A stretch of 53,932 nt of DNA from a virus (lineage: Duplodnaviria; Caudoviricetes), in IMG/VR virus record IMGVR_UViG_3300030116_005302, positions 1 through 53,932 of that record, one strand, 5' to 3'. Every line of letters starts with the position of its first letter. The stretch's first letter is position 1. Positions 9,801-18,314 of this stretch are shown here, one piece after another. The notes under the pieces are model-generated. The model was not told where the DNA came from and ran no database searches. It saw only the letters and a program-made list of their open reading frames with translations. The position numbers and the translations under genes were made by a program.

Positions 9801-12252
9801 GCGGGAAACTACTAAAGCTACAAATGTAGCAGAAAGCTGGGTTAAAGAAATTGCAAATAAACTAAAAAGACTTTTTAATAATCTTGCAAATGTTTTAGGA
9901 GAAGCTTTTCCAGCTTTTGAAATCAGGTTTAGAGCAGATGTTCAAACTCAAAAATTTATTACCCAGGCCATAGATAAATTAAAATTTAACCATGGTACAG
10001 AGCGTAGAATTAATAATGGAACAGGTATTCCTGGTATTTATCAAAATTCGTCTGCAGGAAAAAGTACTTTTCAGGCTTTTGAACTTGCAGGAGTTGGGCA
10101 GAGTCTTAAAAATACTTCTCCAAAAGCTATAGCCTATGCTAAAAACATGGGTAGAAAAATGTTACAAAGTGGTCCGTTTAGACTTGGAGCTAAATTTTTA
10201 GCATCAAGTGATAACTGGTTTAGAACACTTGGACCTTCTGGCGTAAAACTTGGTCAATTTTTTCATGCTCAATCTCAATCTAAAGAGATAGCAGGGTTTC
10301 ACCAATTAGCAGGTAATGCTGAAAGACGTTTTATTTATCGTGCTGAAACTATTCTTGGTTCTAAACTAAAAGAAGGTACTGAATGGCAAAACCCTGATAT
10401 CAAAGCAATTTTTGAAATTGCTGAAAATGAATCTATTGCTACAGAAGATATTATAAATCTGCCTTTTAATGACGAAATTAAAAATAAAGCAATTCGATTA
10501 CGTAAAAACTTACTAGAATATATTTACGATTCTTATATTTCAAAAGTTGATGGGGTTACTATTAGAAAAAGAGGGGATTATTTTCCAAGACAAATAGATA
10601 TGATTCTTTTAATGGAAAGTGTAGAAGCCCAAAATAAATTAGTACAAATACTTTCTGATCCTAAGTTAAATAAAAATCCTAAAGTTCCTACTGTAGATGA
10701 AGCCGCAATGATTGTTAAAGGTTTGATAGACAATCCTCTTGAAAACGGTATTGAAATTGCAAACATTTTAAACCAAGAACGATCTTTAGACTTTGATGGT
10801 ATAGATACTTCAACTTTACGAAAAGCCGGTCTTCTTCAAGAAGCTCCTCAAGCTTTATTAAGTTACATACATTTTATAACCCGTAAAGTAGAACTAGAAC
10901 GAAAAGGTGGCAAGAAAGCTTTAGACGTTATAGTTAAAGATATTGTTGATGAACAGTTTGGTCCTGAGTTTAACCCAGATGGAACTACAAGACTTCCAGA
11001 AGAATTTATTGATACTCAAACTGGAGAAGTAAATGAAGCTGGTAGAGATCAATATTTTGCTAATAGAGAAAAATTAGAAGTTGCTTTAAAAGATGCAATT
11101 AATAAACAATTTGGCCGGGTAGAACCTTTACCTAGTTACATGCGGCAGTTTAACAGCATATCTTCAGTATTAACTGTTATGACAACATTATTGTTTACAG
11201 TTTTTGCTTCTTTGCCGGATTTAGGCGCAGTTATACTAAGGCAAAAAAGTTTTGGTAATTTAATTTCTTCTATGCAGGAAATGCAGAATCGACCTTATGA
11301 AGAAAGAGTTGATTTTGCTAGAGCCGTAGGAGCAGCTACTTATGATGGATTAGAAGTAGCTTTTACTGCTGTAGGAGAAATGGATTTTGCAAATACTTGG
11401 GCTAGATCATGGATGAAAAACTGGTTTAAGTATACAGGTCTTTCTTGGTGGACTAGATTTACTAGAGTATTCGCAGCTTCTATGGGCAGGTCTTATTTAG
11501 TAAACCTTTCTAAAACTTTAGGTCCTGATAGCACAGCTACCCAAGAACAAAAAGCTCAAGCCCAAAGATGGCTAGAAGAGTTTCCCGGTCTAGAGTTAAG
11601 TGATATTTTAGCTTGGAACTCTGGCGATTCTAGCGTTGATAATGGTTTTGGTTTTGATACTCCAGAAGGAGAAAAGGTTAGAGATGCAATAGCAAGATTT
11701 GTAGATGAATCAATAATAAGACCTAATCCAGCACAACGACCTAATTGGGCAAACAATCCCTGGTTTTCTGTTTTGTTTCAACTTAAACAATTTTTCTACT
11801 CTTACGGTAAAGTAGTTATTGGTGGGGCTGGCAGAGAAATGAAAAACCGGTATTCAGAAGACGGACATTTTGGAGGAGCAGCTATGTTAATGTTAATGGC
11901 TGCTGGCACTATGTTGCCTTTAGCAGCATTGGGCATAGAAATGAAAGAACTCGCTAAATATTTACTTCAATTAGGTCTTGGGCCTATTATTCCTAATGAA
12001 GCTTTAGGAGTTAGAGAAGCTACTGGGCAAACATTTAGAAGTGATTATACTCCTACTGGCCAGTATACGTTTGAGTTAATTGAAAAAGCTGGGTGGCTAG
12101 GTCCATTATCAATGGGTGTTATGGCTGCAAATAGTAGTAGGTGGGGAGACAATCCTGTTATTGGGTCAATTCCGGTAGCTGATGCTGCTTGGGATTCTTT
12201 TGGTAAGGGGGAGTGGGTAAGATTAATGCCTATCCTTAATAATATAAGGTAA
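3811..12252 (+). CDS. Giant internal virion protein with an N-terminal lambda-R-type lysozyme and a HExxH zincin-like motif
   Basis: The ATG at 3811 follows the upstream stop at 3809. N-terminal IARAES...DHP...SSGAGAFQF..TW...DFSPESQ matches lambda-lysozyme motifs. FAHELGH...NEYIAD lies at 9586-9780, and the C-terminus has hydrophobic helices. Confidence 0.8.
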   Translation: MAVSESPRMGALLDQIARAESNNQPNVIYGGATFNDYSDHPRQYVPIVSGPNQGLKSSGAGAFQFIAPTWDIYKEKLNLPDFSPESQRIAAAELARDDYKKRTGRDLDVDLESDDPKIQQDIFRNLNKTWTSIPGGIEERPDSNWASVWGAPTIGAGPQIAAVSPSEEKPFDIAGLALNFVFPEAQAAEPDTTQSVTQEPPSGPMTSRDIDFASNVAAATSVLGDPIMTPEQVTQDLYEGSSIGYDPVYTDAIDSRGELFGRAVSSGKAGVFSSFDRLGAIYNTILGDEEAAALNLERARVRDEEASKLLDGTATFDQLLEEPDLDTFLDVSVKTVGSAVPYGIESLAGWFVGATLATMSPAVVAAGGLATVAGKASLKKIFGDILTKKLIKKEALDTDSKELIEGVHTRRKWTDRAELGGRVGGFGASYAIGAPMALEEFQEAGQELNIDTAIKSAILGAPIALIDTYTEDYLRKTLFKVARAKAATAPGNSPLKNFAKAVGGTTLKGGIGEGVAETSQEAVVAAQRLLIDPTYTLQDTYLRLGESLFGGIMAGKAFGAAGGSLAATPKLAREMLNRVREKSVLGKINTAETGVDDETVLSGRPTAEPNADLDLQLELTGLGAKDATWVSNRENVNNIARKYGIDLDSLGYDPVKVKNTNLSVARVNKAASAQPDAQDGLIFSTNENIINGVLKGGATPESLKAALGYSAVAPANADTSVQVEIKAEDGSSRVIFAQAVDGTDPEALAAAQEAAERQRARLPEQYQRSATVETIALAAALTGRQIVETKSTGDDTLGQIAAYEETGEGGVALPLDPLVQTINDLSKERDAILDQVRVDNAETYDIIKRTENRIKELVADKVQILNQIRAERDIAQPIGIEGVDPEIREFLDNVLRNNVAAGIRNEVDLYNKLFTGGLRRATQQDALQVTHPEAVDQIQTINNDIESLENSITGLENTLSSEIRNSLDSVDVRLRNTKNELQRKSLETAREEMVGAEERRAPGLQPFAPVNRSKITKPDEIEKFETNWKKAESLIVAQSDPENYVNRNIDIDALINLGVTNVDATALGELVQETPSDISLVEQTANNKFAKVSQAYTALLAFQKYKGRNNSFAERNVVPIGPQQTSKQLQDAVRNTQKDYEAYVAKNRAALAETMHSNPEAMQERITTVSEEIANELDTTIVENVEEQVATDPIIPFDVRQRIAEDINNFRRFKQTASDALVKNFISSLEANQRAGNPNFIYIKLEENQFRIVSQSKDVLVSEAITDRVNALNTDYKEDSYNTTEWTYRLVGELLSQSARDSIFVLKGPKTDHQSSSTKDKGKKATLKPEGSKITLGNVIKYGKAINIATDTALVGEGITREQSNQLALSRAVTELKSLGYTIEVNNKDIFDFLSDTETQIYKNNVGRLRVKHDIKDGEKVTTYVNVANNMPVVMPNEIVPGHVGTNGEIFLARLVIRNGVLQDFSRLSEANKELSDILETATTFETRDAKGQVTNNPFTLADYFLTKAPLPASSPRYTVPGETQYLRYKSFLKQIENLKNAEPEVAIDMSEEGFVGAANLERDNKIRTLEFAAKELLGKVHFIKYSPEFKEWYFESRNMDLYDSSVEESMDYTTINKAIMDYIGEEVENKHIRELDQAIIDPTRDKLYSKRTYDVDGNVEYHDVEFIGEGDFADLTQAEIVEGLFTSRSYDPTSKLQYDTPVNKIIKQNNRSLYKAHNIKNNWGRGIRLFGKIEVNKKYETFKDFASRAFNLLKLKTPQHVILLSDLIDNRDTYKGFFRDTYGHFNEIVNRYLNQTNDALKDQPNNKSLLIFKEILEEGEVTEAITKKYIKTKDAEVYQNAVDRFEKLVVDESLGEVQANADAQIDRVINDFVRNNGKWPLGMNVPLGDSNIIVMRDFAVKENAAGVYVRDKSKDVSLELMLPVFAHELGHTFVRESIDTLLEASTKNSAIWKNLNNSFEAKKAELEKNGATEHQYFNGETGLNEYIADQVGSWLMRETTKATNVAESWVKEIANKLKRLFNNLANVLGEAFPAFEIRFRADVQTQKFITQAIDKLKFNHGTERRINNGTGIPGIYQNSSAGKSTFQAFELAGVGQSLKNTSPKAIAYAKNMGRKMLQSGPFRLGAKFLASSDNWFRTLGPSGVKLGQFFHAQSQSKEIAGFHQLAGNAERRFIYRAETILGSKLKEGTEWQNPDIKAIFEIAENESIATEDIINLPFNDEIKNKAIRLRKNLLEYIYDSYISKVDGVTIRKRGDYFPRQIDMILLMESVEAQNKLVQILSDPKLNKNPKVPTVDEAAMIVKGLIDNPLENGIEIANILNQERSLDFDGIDTSTLRKAGLLQEAPQALLSYIHFITRKVELERKGGKKALDVIVKDIVDEQFGPEFNPDGTTRLPEEFIDTQTGEVNEAGRDQYFANREKLEVALKDAINKQFGRVEPLPSYMRQFNSISSVLTVMTTLLFTVFASLPDLGAVILRQKSFGNLISSMQEMQNRPYEERVDFARAVGAATYDGLEVAFTAVGEMDFANTWARSWMKNWFKYTGLSWWTRFTRVFAASMGRSYLVNLSKTLGPDSTATQEQKAQAQRWLEEFPGLELSDILAWNSGDSSVDNGFGFDTPEGEKVRDAIARFVDESIIRPNPAQRPNWANNPWFSVLFQLKQFFYSYGKVVIGGAGREMKNRYSEDGHFGGAAMLMLMAAGTMLPLAALGIEMKELAKYLLQLGLGPIIPNEALGVREATGQTFRSDYTPTGQYTFELIEKAGWLGPLSMGVMAANSSRWGDNPVIGSIPVADAAWDSFGKGEWVRLMPILNNIR

Positions 12253-12257
12253 TTATT

Positions 12258-12653
12258 ATGATCGAATGGCACAAATATCCTAATTTTTCAGAAGACGAGT
12301 TTAAATGTTCTGCTTCTGGTACATGTATTATGAGGCCTATATTTCTTGATGCTTTACAAGAACTTAGGCATAAATACGGAAAAAGTATGGTAATATCAAG
12401 TGGTTACAGAAATCCTGAAAAGCACCCCATAGAGATGAAAAAGACTAGGCCGGGGGCACATGCACATGGATTAGCTGCTGATATTGTAGTTGCTTATCAG
12501 GACGCATATAATGTTTTAAATCTAGCAATAGAATTAGGATATTTTACTGGTATAGGAATTAGTCAAAAAGGGGATGCTGCATCACGTTTTATTCATTTAG
12601 ATATGATGGAACCTTCTGAACAGTTTCCAAGACCTACTATATGGAGCTACTGA
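12258..12653 (+). CDS. Endolysin, peptidase M15A family
   Basis: Motifs FSEDEFKC, ISSGYR, HAHGLAADI and FIHLD, with Zn ligands H/D/H. Adjacent to a holin-like gene. Confidence 0.9.
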   Translation: MIEWHKYPNFSEDEFKCSASGTCIMRPIFLDALQELRHKYGKSMVISSGYRNPEKHPIEMKKTRPGAHAHGLAADIVVAYQDAYNVLNLAIELGYFTGIGISQKGDAASRFIHLDMMEPSEQFPRPTIWSY

Positions 12654-12654
12654 T

Positions 12655-13029
12655 ATGCTAGGATTTTTAGGACCGATTGCTAATTTAGCTAACACTTTTG
12701 TAGAAGGACGTGTGGCTAAGTCAAAAGCTAAAGCAAAAGTACAAGTTGCAAAAGCTAATGCAGAAGCTGAAGTGATGAAAGTGGCTGCTACCCACGAAGC
12801 AGGCTGGGAAAAGATCATGGCTGAAGCATCAGCGGATTCATGGAAAGACGAAGCGTGGACTATTTTGTTTATAGTTATCATAGCTTTATCGTTTATTCCT
12901 CAGATGCAACCTTTTATAGCAAATGGATTTGCTGCGCTAGAAACAGCCCCTGACTGGTTCACGTATGCAATGTACGCCTCGATTGCTGCGTCATTTGGTA
13001 TTAGAGGCATAAAAGGGTTTAAAAAATAA
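12655..13029 (+). CDS. Putative holin (GTA 3TM-holin-like)
   Basis: SWKDE.W followed by hydrophobic helices and an ASFGIRG..K basic tail; directly follows the endolysin. Confidence 0.65.
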   Translation: MLGFLGPIANLANTFVEGRVAKSKAKAKVQVAKANAEAEVMKVAATHEAGWEKIMAEASADSWKDEAWTILFIVIIALSFIPQMQPFIANGFAALETAPDWFTYAMYASIAASFGIRGIKGFKK

Positions 13030-13316
13030 TGCCAAAGAAAAAAGATCCAAGGCTAGCTAGAGCGGGGGTTAGTGGGTACAACAAACCCAAACGTACCCCG
13101 AATCACCCCAAGAAGTCCCATGTTGTTGTAGCTAAAGTAGGCGACAAAGTTAAAACTATAAGATTTGGTCAACAAGGTGTTAAGGGGGCCGGTAAAAACC
13201 CTAAAACAGCAAAAGATAAAGCGAGGAAAAAATCTTACTATGCTAGACATAACGCTCAAGATGCAAATCCTAGTAAATTAAGTGCAAGATATTGGTCGCA
13301 TAAAGTTAAGTGGTAA
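13029..13316 (+). CDS. Small, highly basic conserved phage protein
   Basis: Lys/Arg-rich, with the pattern KTIRFGQQG...RKKSYYARH...SARYWS..KW. Start overlaps the upstream stop. Confidence 0.7.
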   Translation: MPKKKDPRLARAGVSGYNKPKRTPNHPKKSHVVVAKVGDKVKTIRFGQQGVKGAGKNPKTAKDKARKKSYYARHNAQDANPSKLSARYWSHKVKW

Positions 13317-13322
13317 TTAATT

Positions 13323-13697
13323 ATGGCATATTCAGAAACAATTAAACTAGTAACCGGGGACCATTTACCGTTATTAACTTTTACTCTTAAAGACAGTAAT
13401 ACTGCAGCAAGTGGAGCTACGTTAGATGAAAACGACTCTACAACATGGGCTCCGATATCCTTATCAGGATCTACAGTAAAATTCAGAATACGGCAGGTAG
13501 GCAGCACTACAGTTAAGGAAACGATTACTGCTACGGTTACTGATGCTGCAAATGGTGTTTGTACAGTAGAATTTCCTACAGGGGCTTTAGATACAGCCGG
13601 TACTTTTGAAGGGGAAATAGAGATTACAAACAGTTCAAGTAAAATACAGACTGTTTACGATTTAATTAAGTTAAACGTAAGAGCAGATTTTGACTAA
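13323..13697 (+). CDS. BppU-N-like Ig-fold tail protein
   Basis: Beta-rich pattern LTFTLKD...ISLSGSTVKF...TDAANGVC...AGTFEGEIEIT, located in the tail cluster. Confidence 0.65.
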   Translation: MAYSETIKLVTGDHLPLLTFTLKDSNTAASGATLDENDSTTWAPISLSGSTVKFRIRQVGSTTVKETITATVTDAANGVCTVEFPTGALDTAGTFEGEIEITNSSSKIQTVYDLIKLNVRADFD

Positions 13698-14386
13698 TGG
13701 CTGGCAAAGTAGGCATAACACAAGTATCTGGTAAAGTTACTATTAGCTATAGTGAAGCTAAGTTAATTGCCAGTTACGCAAATGCTAAAGGTTTAACTTC
13801 TAGTGCTTTCGCTAATGTGTTAGCTACTTATTCTAATTTGACTGCTGCTGATATTTACCTTATAGCCAGGGTTCTTGACCAAGAATTTCCTGAAACAGTT
13901 ACAATGTCAGAAAGCCATGCTATGACTATAGCTAAAGCTTTAGCAGATACACCTACTGTATCTGAAAGCCATGCTATGTCTGTAGGTAAAGCTTTAGCTG
14001 ATTCAGCTACTATGTCAGAGTCTTTTGCAAGAGCCTTAACTTGGGCACGTACTTTTGCAGAAACTCCTTCAGTAGCAGAAGCTATAGCATTAGCTATTTC
14101 TCACCCTGAAGCAGATACTGTTTCTGTAGGAGAAAGCCATGCTGTGAATGTAGGACAAGCTTCTTCAGATGCATTTAGCATAAATGAAACAACTGTTTTT
14201 AGTTTAGGTATTGTTACTAACGCTGTTAACAATGTTGTAAATGTAGCTGAAAGTCATGCTGTAAATGTATCAAAAGCACTTTCCGATTCAGCTACTATGT
14301 CAGAAAGTTTTTCTGCTAATCTTATTCTTGGGAATAACTCTAAACTTAATGAGAGTCAACTTAATACGTATACGCTTAACGGCTAG
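13697..14386 (+). CDS. Tail-associated protein with ~18-aa tandem repeats
   Basis: Repeats of the (S/G/A)ESHA(M/V)..KALAD type and a C-terminal LNESQLNTYTLNG. Confidence 0.65.
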   Translation: MAGKVGITQVSGKVTISYSEAKLIASYANAKGLTSSAFANVLATYSNLTAADIYLIARVLDQEFPETVTMSESHAMTIAKALADTPTVSESHAMSVGKALADSATMSESFARALTWARTFAETPSVAEAIALAISHPEADTVSVGESHAVNVGQASSDAFSINETTVFSLGIVTNAVNNVVNVAESHAVNVSKALSDSATMSESFSANLILGNNSKLNESQLNTYTLNG

Positions 14387-14397
14387 AGGGTTTTAAA

Positions 14398-14838
14398 ATG
14401 TTTAATGAGAGTTTTAATATAACAGGTAACGTAAAGTTTGAAATGAATGGGGAGCTGATACGTGAAGTTCCTAATTTAGTAGTAACAGCGGGTAAAGAAT
14501 TTATTGCAGCTAGTATACTAAAAACAACTAGTAATAGCCCTGCGGCTATGACACATATGGAAGTGGGTACTAGTACTACTGCTGCAGCAGCTGGTCAGAC
14601 TGCATTAGTAGCCGCAGTAAGTGGTAGTAGAACTGCATTAGCTACTCCCAGTGTTTCAGGAGCAATAGTTACTTATGTTTGTACTTTTGCCGCAGGTACA
14701 GGTACTGGAGCATTAACTGAAGCTGGTATTTTTAACGCTAGTTCAAGTGGTACAATGCTTTGTAGAACAGTATTTTCTGTTATAAACAAAGGCGCTAGTG
14801 ACTCTATGACAGTAACATGGACAGTAACGGTATCTTAA
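14398..14838 (+). CDS. Virion structural protein (tail collar/fibre-anchoring-like)
   Basis: PNLVVTAG...VGT..TAA...QTAL...LTEAGIF...RTVF..INK...TVTWTV, a pattern common in phage tail modules. Confidence 0.7.
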   Translation: MFNESFNITGNVKFEMNGELIREVPNLVVTAGKEFIAASILKTTSNSPAAMTHMEVGTSTTAAAAGQTALVAAVSGSRTALATPSVSGAIVTYVCTFAAGTGTGALTEAGIFNASSSGTMLCRTVFSVINKGASDSMTVTWTVTVS

Positions 14839-16479
14839 ATGCCCATTACAGACATTAAATTTACTAATAATGCTAGGACACTACTTAGTACAAGTAGTTT
14901 AGCTGATGATGCTACTAGCGTTTCGGTAGATGATGGTAGCGTTTTTCCATCTTTATCAAGTGGAAATTATTTTTACGCTACTCTTGAACGGGCTAGTGAT
15001 TCTACTACTAGAGAAATAGTAAAGGTTACTGCGCGAAGCGGCAATGATTTAACTATAGTAAGGGCCCAGGATAATACGTCTGCAACTACATTTAGTGCGG
15101 ACGATATTATTGAATTGCGTGTAGTTGCAAAAGCTTTAGAAGATATAAGAGATGCTGTAATTACACAGGAAGAAGTAGAAGATCATGTAGGAGGTATGCT
15201 AGACGGAACAGAAACTTTTATTGACGTTTCGTATGATGACACAGACGGGAACATAGATTTTGTAGTGCCAGTTAAAGATGAAGATAACATGGCTTCTGAT
15301 AGTGCTACGCATTTAGCTACACAACAATCTATTAAAGCGTATGTAGATGATAAAATAGTACAAACTATTCTTACTTTATATAAATATACAGCTACAGCAG
15401 GGCAAACTACTTTTACAGGTTCAGATGATGGATCTACTACTTTAGCTTATACAGCAGGAAGTCTGTTTGTAACATTAAATGGTTTAACTTTAGAAAACGG
15501 TACGGATTACACAGCTACTAATGGCACAAGTGTAGTGTTAACCGATGCTGCAACAGTAGGCGATGAGTTAAATATCTATGCTTTTGGTGTTTTTAATGCG
15601 GCTAATGTTACTGGCGCTGGTGGGGATTTTAGTATTGCCGATGATTTAAGTTTTACGAGTGATGCTGCTGTTATTAACATGGGTGCGGATAGTGATGTGA
15701 CTATGACGCACGTTGCAGACACTGGCGTTACGTTATCTGCTGGAGACAATGCTACAGTTTTACAATTAGATTCCAACGACTCTGGCGCAAGCAGTGGTCC
15801 AAAAATTATTCTTAATCGAACCAGCGATAGTCCTGCCGATGACGATTATACAGGCACAATAATTTTTCAAGGTGAAAACGACAATAACCAACAATTTAAA
15901 ACTGCCCAACTTAGCGCACAAGCAAAAGATGTAAGTGATGGAACAGAGGATAGTCAGTTACAGCTTGCGACAATGGTAAATGGTACTTTGACAAATGGTT
16001 TAGTACTAGAAAATGGCAGAATAAACTCTAGTGCTTTCAGCCCTGCAGGTTCAATAGTTCAGGTAGTACAAAATACATCAGTCGGACAGGCATCAACAAG
16101 TTCTACGAGTGCGGTTGATATTACTAATTTTACTGTAAATATCACACCTTCTTCAGCTAGTAATTACATTATTGTCTGTTTTTCAGCAAACCAACAATAC
16201 ACTTTAGTTGCAAGTACAAATGTCAGATATTGGCACAAATTTGTAGGAGGTAACCTTGGTGTGAGTGGAAAATTAATTCCCGGCCAACCTTGGGCGGGTT
16301 TAGCCGCAGAGTCTGGTGGCGGTGGTTTGCAAGCTGTAGGTAGTTACGCATGGATAGGAATGGATAATCCAGAATCAACTAGTGCAGTAACTTATAAAGT
16401 ACAACATTATGTTACCAGCGGTTCTTCTACTGGTTATACTTATTACGGGCAAATTGTGGCTATGGAGGTGCAGGTATGA
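14839..16479 (+). CDS. Tail fibre protein 1
   Basis: N-terminal EIVKVTARSG..LTIVRAQDNT anchor, a DEDNMASDSATHLATQQSIKAYVD motif, a YTATAGQTTF module and a C-terminal IVQVVQ...AMEV tip. Confidence 0.85.
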   Translation: MPITDIKFTNNARTLLSTSSLADDATSVSVDDGSVFPSLSSGNYFYATLERASDSTTREIVKVTARSGNDLTIVRAQDNTSATTFSADDIIELRVVAKALEDIRDAVITQEEVEDHVGGMLDGTETFIDVSYDDTDGNIDFVVPVKDEDNMASDSATHLATQQSIKAYVDDKIVQTILTLYKYTATAGQTTFTGSDDGSTTLAYTAGSLFVTLNGLTLENGTDYTATNGTSVVLTDAATVGDELNIYAFGVFNAANVTGAGGDFSIADDLSFTSDAAVINMGADSDVTMTHVADTGVTLSAGDNATVLQLDSNDSGASSGPKIILNRTSDSPADDDYTGTIIFQGENDNNQQFKTAQLSAQAKDVSDGTEDSQLQLATMVNGTLTNGLVLENGRINSSAFSPAGSIVQVVQNTSVGQASTSSTSAVDITNFTVNITPSSASNYIIVCFSANQQYTLVASTNVRYWHKFVGGNLGVSGKLIPGQPWAGLAAESGGGGLQAVGSYAWIGMDNPESTSAVTYKVQHYVTSGSSTGYTYYGQIVAMEVQV

Positions 16480-16853
16480 CAATACCAACGATATGTGATG
16501 CACTCCACGCTTTAGCACCAAATGCAGAGTGGAGTATCGGTGGGGAACAAGTGTACAGTAATATTATTTGGCATAAAGGTAATGGCTATGAAAAACCAAG
16601 TGAGTCTGCGGTAAATGCAAAAATTACAGAAATAGAAAATGCAAAGCCAATGGTAGAACTGAGGCGGCAACGTGACGCAAAACTTACCGATACCGATTGG
16701 GTTGTGACAAAAGCAGACGAAACAAACAGTGCAGTGGCGGATAATTGGAAAACGTATCGACAAGCTCTAAGAGATTTACCTGCAAGTGCTAGTCCACAAT
16801 TAGATAGTCATGGAAATTTAACTAACGTAACTTGGCCGACACAGCCTAGTTAA
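16476..16853 (+). CDS. Tail fibre assembly chaperone
   Basis: LRRQRDAKLTDTDW...WKTYRQALRDLP...WPTQP signature; overlaps the fibre stop. Confidence 0.9.
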   Translation: MTIPTICDALHALAPNAEWSIGGEQVYSNIIWHKGNGYEKPSESAVNAKITEIENAKPMVELRRQRDAKLTDTDWVVTKADETNSAVADNWKTYRQALRDLPASASPQLDSHGNLTNVTWPTQPS

Positions 16854-16864
16854 TTGGAATAATT

Positions 16865-17923
16865 ATGCCTAGTAAAGCAAGAAAAGCAGCAGCCCAAGCG
16901 TCTTATCAACAAGGCCAACGCAAGAACATGATTTATAATGGTGATATGGAAATTTGTCAAAGGTCTACTAGCGTTTCAGGAATTGGAAATGGTGACGCAG
17001 GATACCATGTGCAAGACAGATGGAGAGTGGGAGAAGGTGGCGCACCAAACGCAGTAGTTACTATGTCAAAATCAACAACAGCACCAGATGGGTTTGCTTC
17101 TTCGTTAAAGTTAGATTGCACGACTGCATCTGGAACTGTAGCCGATGCTGATTTATTGGTGATATCACAACTGTTTGAAGGTCAAGATTTGCAGTCATGG
17201 AATAAAGGTGATGCTCAAGCAAGGGCAATTACAATTTCTTTTTGGGTAAATACTACAAAAACAGGAACCTATATTATTTCAATGTATGACAATGATAATA
17301 ATAGAGCTTGCGGCCAATCTTATACAGTTAGTTCTAGTAATACTTGGGAATATAAAACAGTTACTTTTCCACCAGACACTACGGGAGCTTATGATAATGA
17401 TAATGCAGTAAGTTTATATCTTTATTGGGGACTAGTTGCAGGAGCAGATTATGCAGGTGGGAGTTTAGCAACTGCATGGGAAAGTAACAACAATCCTGAT
17501 AGATTTACAGGTCAAGTAGATGCTTTTGATAGCACAAGTAATAATTTTCATTTGACTGGCGTACAGATGGAATTGGGAAATACGGCTACTGATTTTCAAT
17601 ATGAATCACACGCTGAAAATTTAGCACGATGTCAAAGGTATTATCAAATAGTTGGATTTTATGATACTTCAGGGATAACTTCTGGTAATTATTTATATTA
17701 TTCAGCAAAAAGTTTACCTACAGCAATGAGAGCTTCTCCATCAACTTTAGCGTCTTATGCGTTTAATACTACTTCTGGTAATTTTCAAACCCGTAGAGAT
17801 TCAACTTACACAAATGGCGTAGTACAAGTAGTGAGTTCGCCACGCACATATTCTTGTAGAGGAAATAATACTAACACCTATAACTGGATTTTAGGAGATG
17901 TTCATTTAGGAGCAGAACTGTGA
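16865..17923 (+). CDS. Tail fibre/receptor-binding protein 2
   Basis: KNMIYNGDMEICQR...DRW...LTGVQMELG..AT.F...LARCQRYY, a module common in marine phage fibres. Confidence 0.8.
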   Translation: MPSKARKAAAQASYQQGQRKNMIYNGDMEICQRSTSVSGIGNGDAGYHVQDRWRVGEGGAPNAVVTMSKSTTAPDGFASSLKLDCTTASGTVADADLLVISQLFEGQDLQSWNKGDAQARAITISFWVNTTKTGTYIISMYDNDNNRACGQSYTVSSSNTWEYKTVTFPPDTTGAYDNDNAVSLYLYWGLVAGADYAGGSLATAWESNNNPDRFTGQVDAFDSTSNNFHLTGVQMELGNTATDFQYESHAENLARCQRYYQIVGFYDTSGITSGNYLYYSAKSLPTAMRASPSTLASYAFNTTSGNFQTRRDSTYTNGVVQVVSSPRTYSCRGNNTNTYNWILGDVHLGAEL

Positions 17924-18108
17924 ATATTGTTTCAGCAAAATATGTTTATAATGAGTTAACAGAAACAAACTGTAGTATTGAAGTCGTAATCTCTAAGGGT
18001 AGTACCACAAACACTATTTACGTTCCATTTGATAAAGACAACACTGATTATGAAGAAATAATGAAACAAGTTGACGCAGGTACATTAACAATAGCGGATG
18101 CAGACTAA
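17920..18108 (+). CDS. Small fibre-associated (chaperone-like) protein
   Basis: VPFDKDNTDYEEI..V..G..TIADAD motif, typically found downstream of the preceding fibre type. Confidence 0.7.
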   Translation: MNIVSAKYVYNELTETNCSIEVVISKGSTTNTIYVPFDKDNTDYEEIMKQVDAGTLTIADAD

Positions 18109-18314
18109 TGGAAAACACCGAAAGAATACATGAACTAACCGCTCGGCTTGAAGCTCATGTTGCACGTTGCGAAGAACGGGATAAAACTATATTTAATGAT
18201 TTAGCTGAGTTAAAAGAAGAATTAAAAGATTTTCGTATGCTAATGACAAAGATTGGTGTTCTGTTAACATCTGGTGTAGCGGGGACATTGGTAACAGTTT
18301 TATTGAGGGGATAA
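18108..18314 (+). CDS. Small coiled-coil protein with a C-terminal TM helix (XhlA/holin-like)
   Basis: LEAHVARCEER coiled coil followed by a hydrophobic tail. Confidence 0.55.
   Translation: MENTERIHELTARLEAHVARCEERDKTIFNDLAELKEELKDFRMLMTKIGVLLTSGVAGTLVTVLLRG

Noticed and set aside
10789-10806. DFDGID in the giant protein as a virion RNA polymerase catalytic motif (DFDGD/DFDID)
   Set aside because: The Asp spacing is wrong and the context is helical (ERSL...AGLL...LLSY), as in ejection-protein C-termini. I saw no other RNAP motifs. Structure prediction would settle it.
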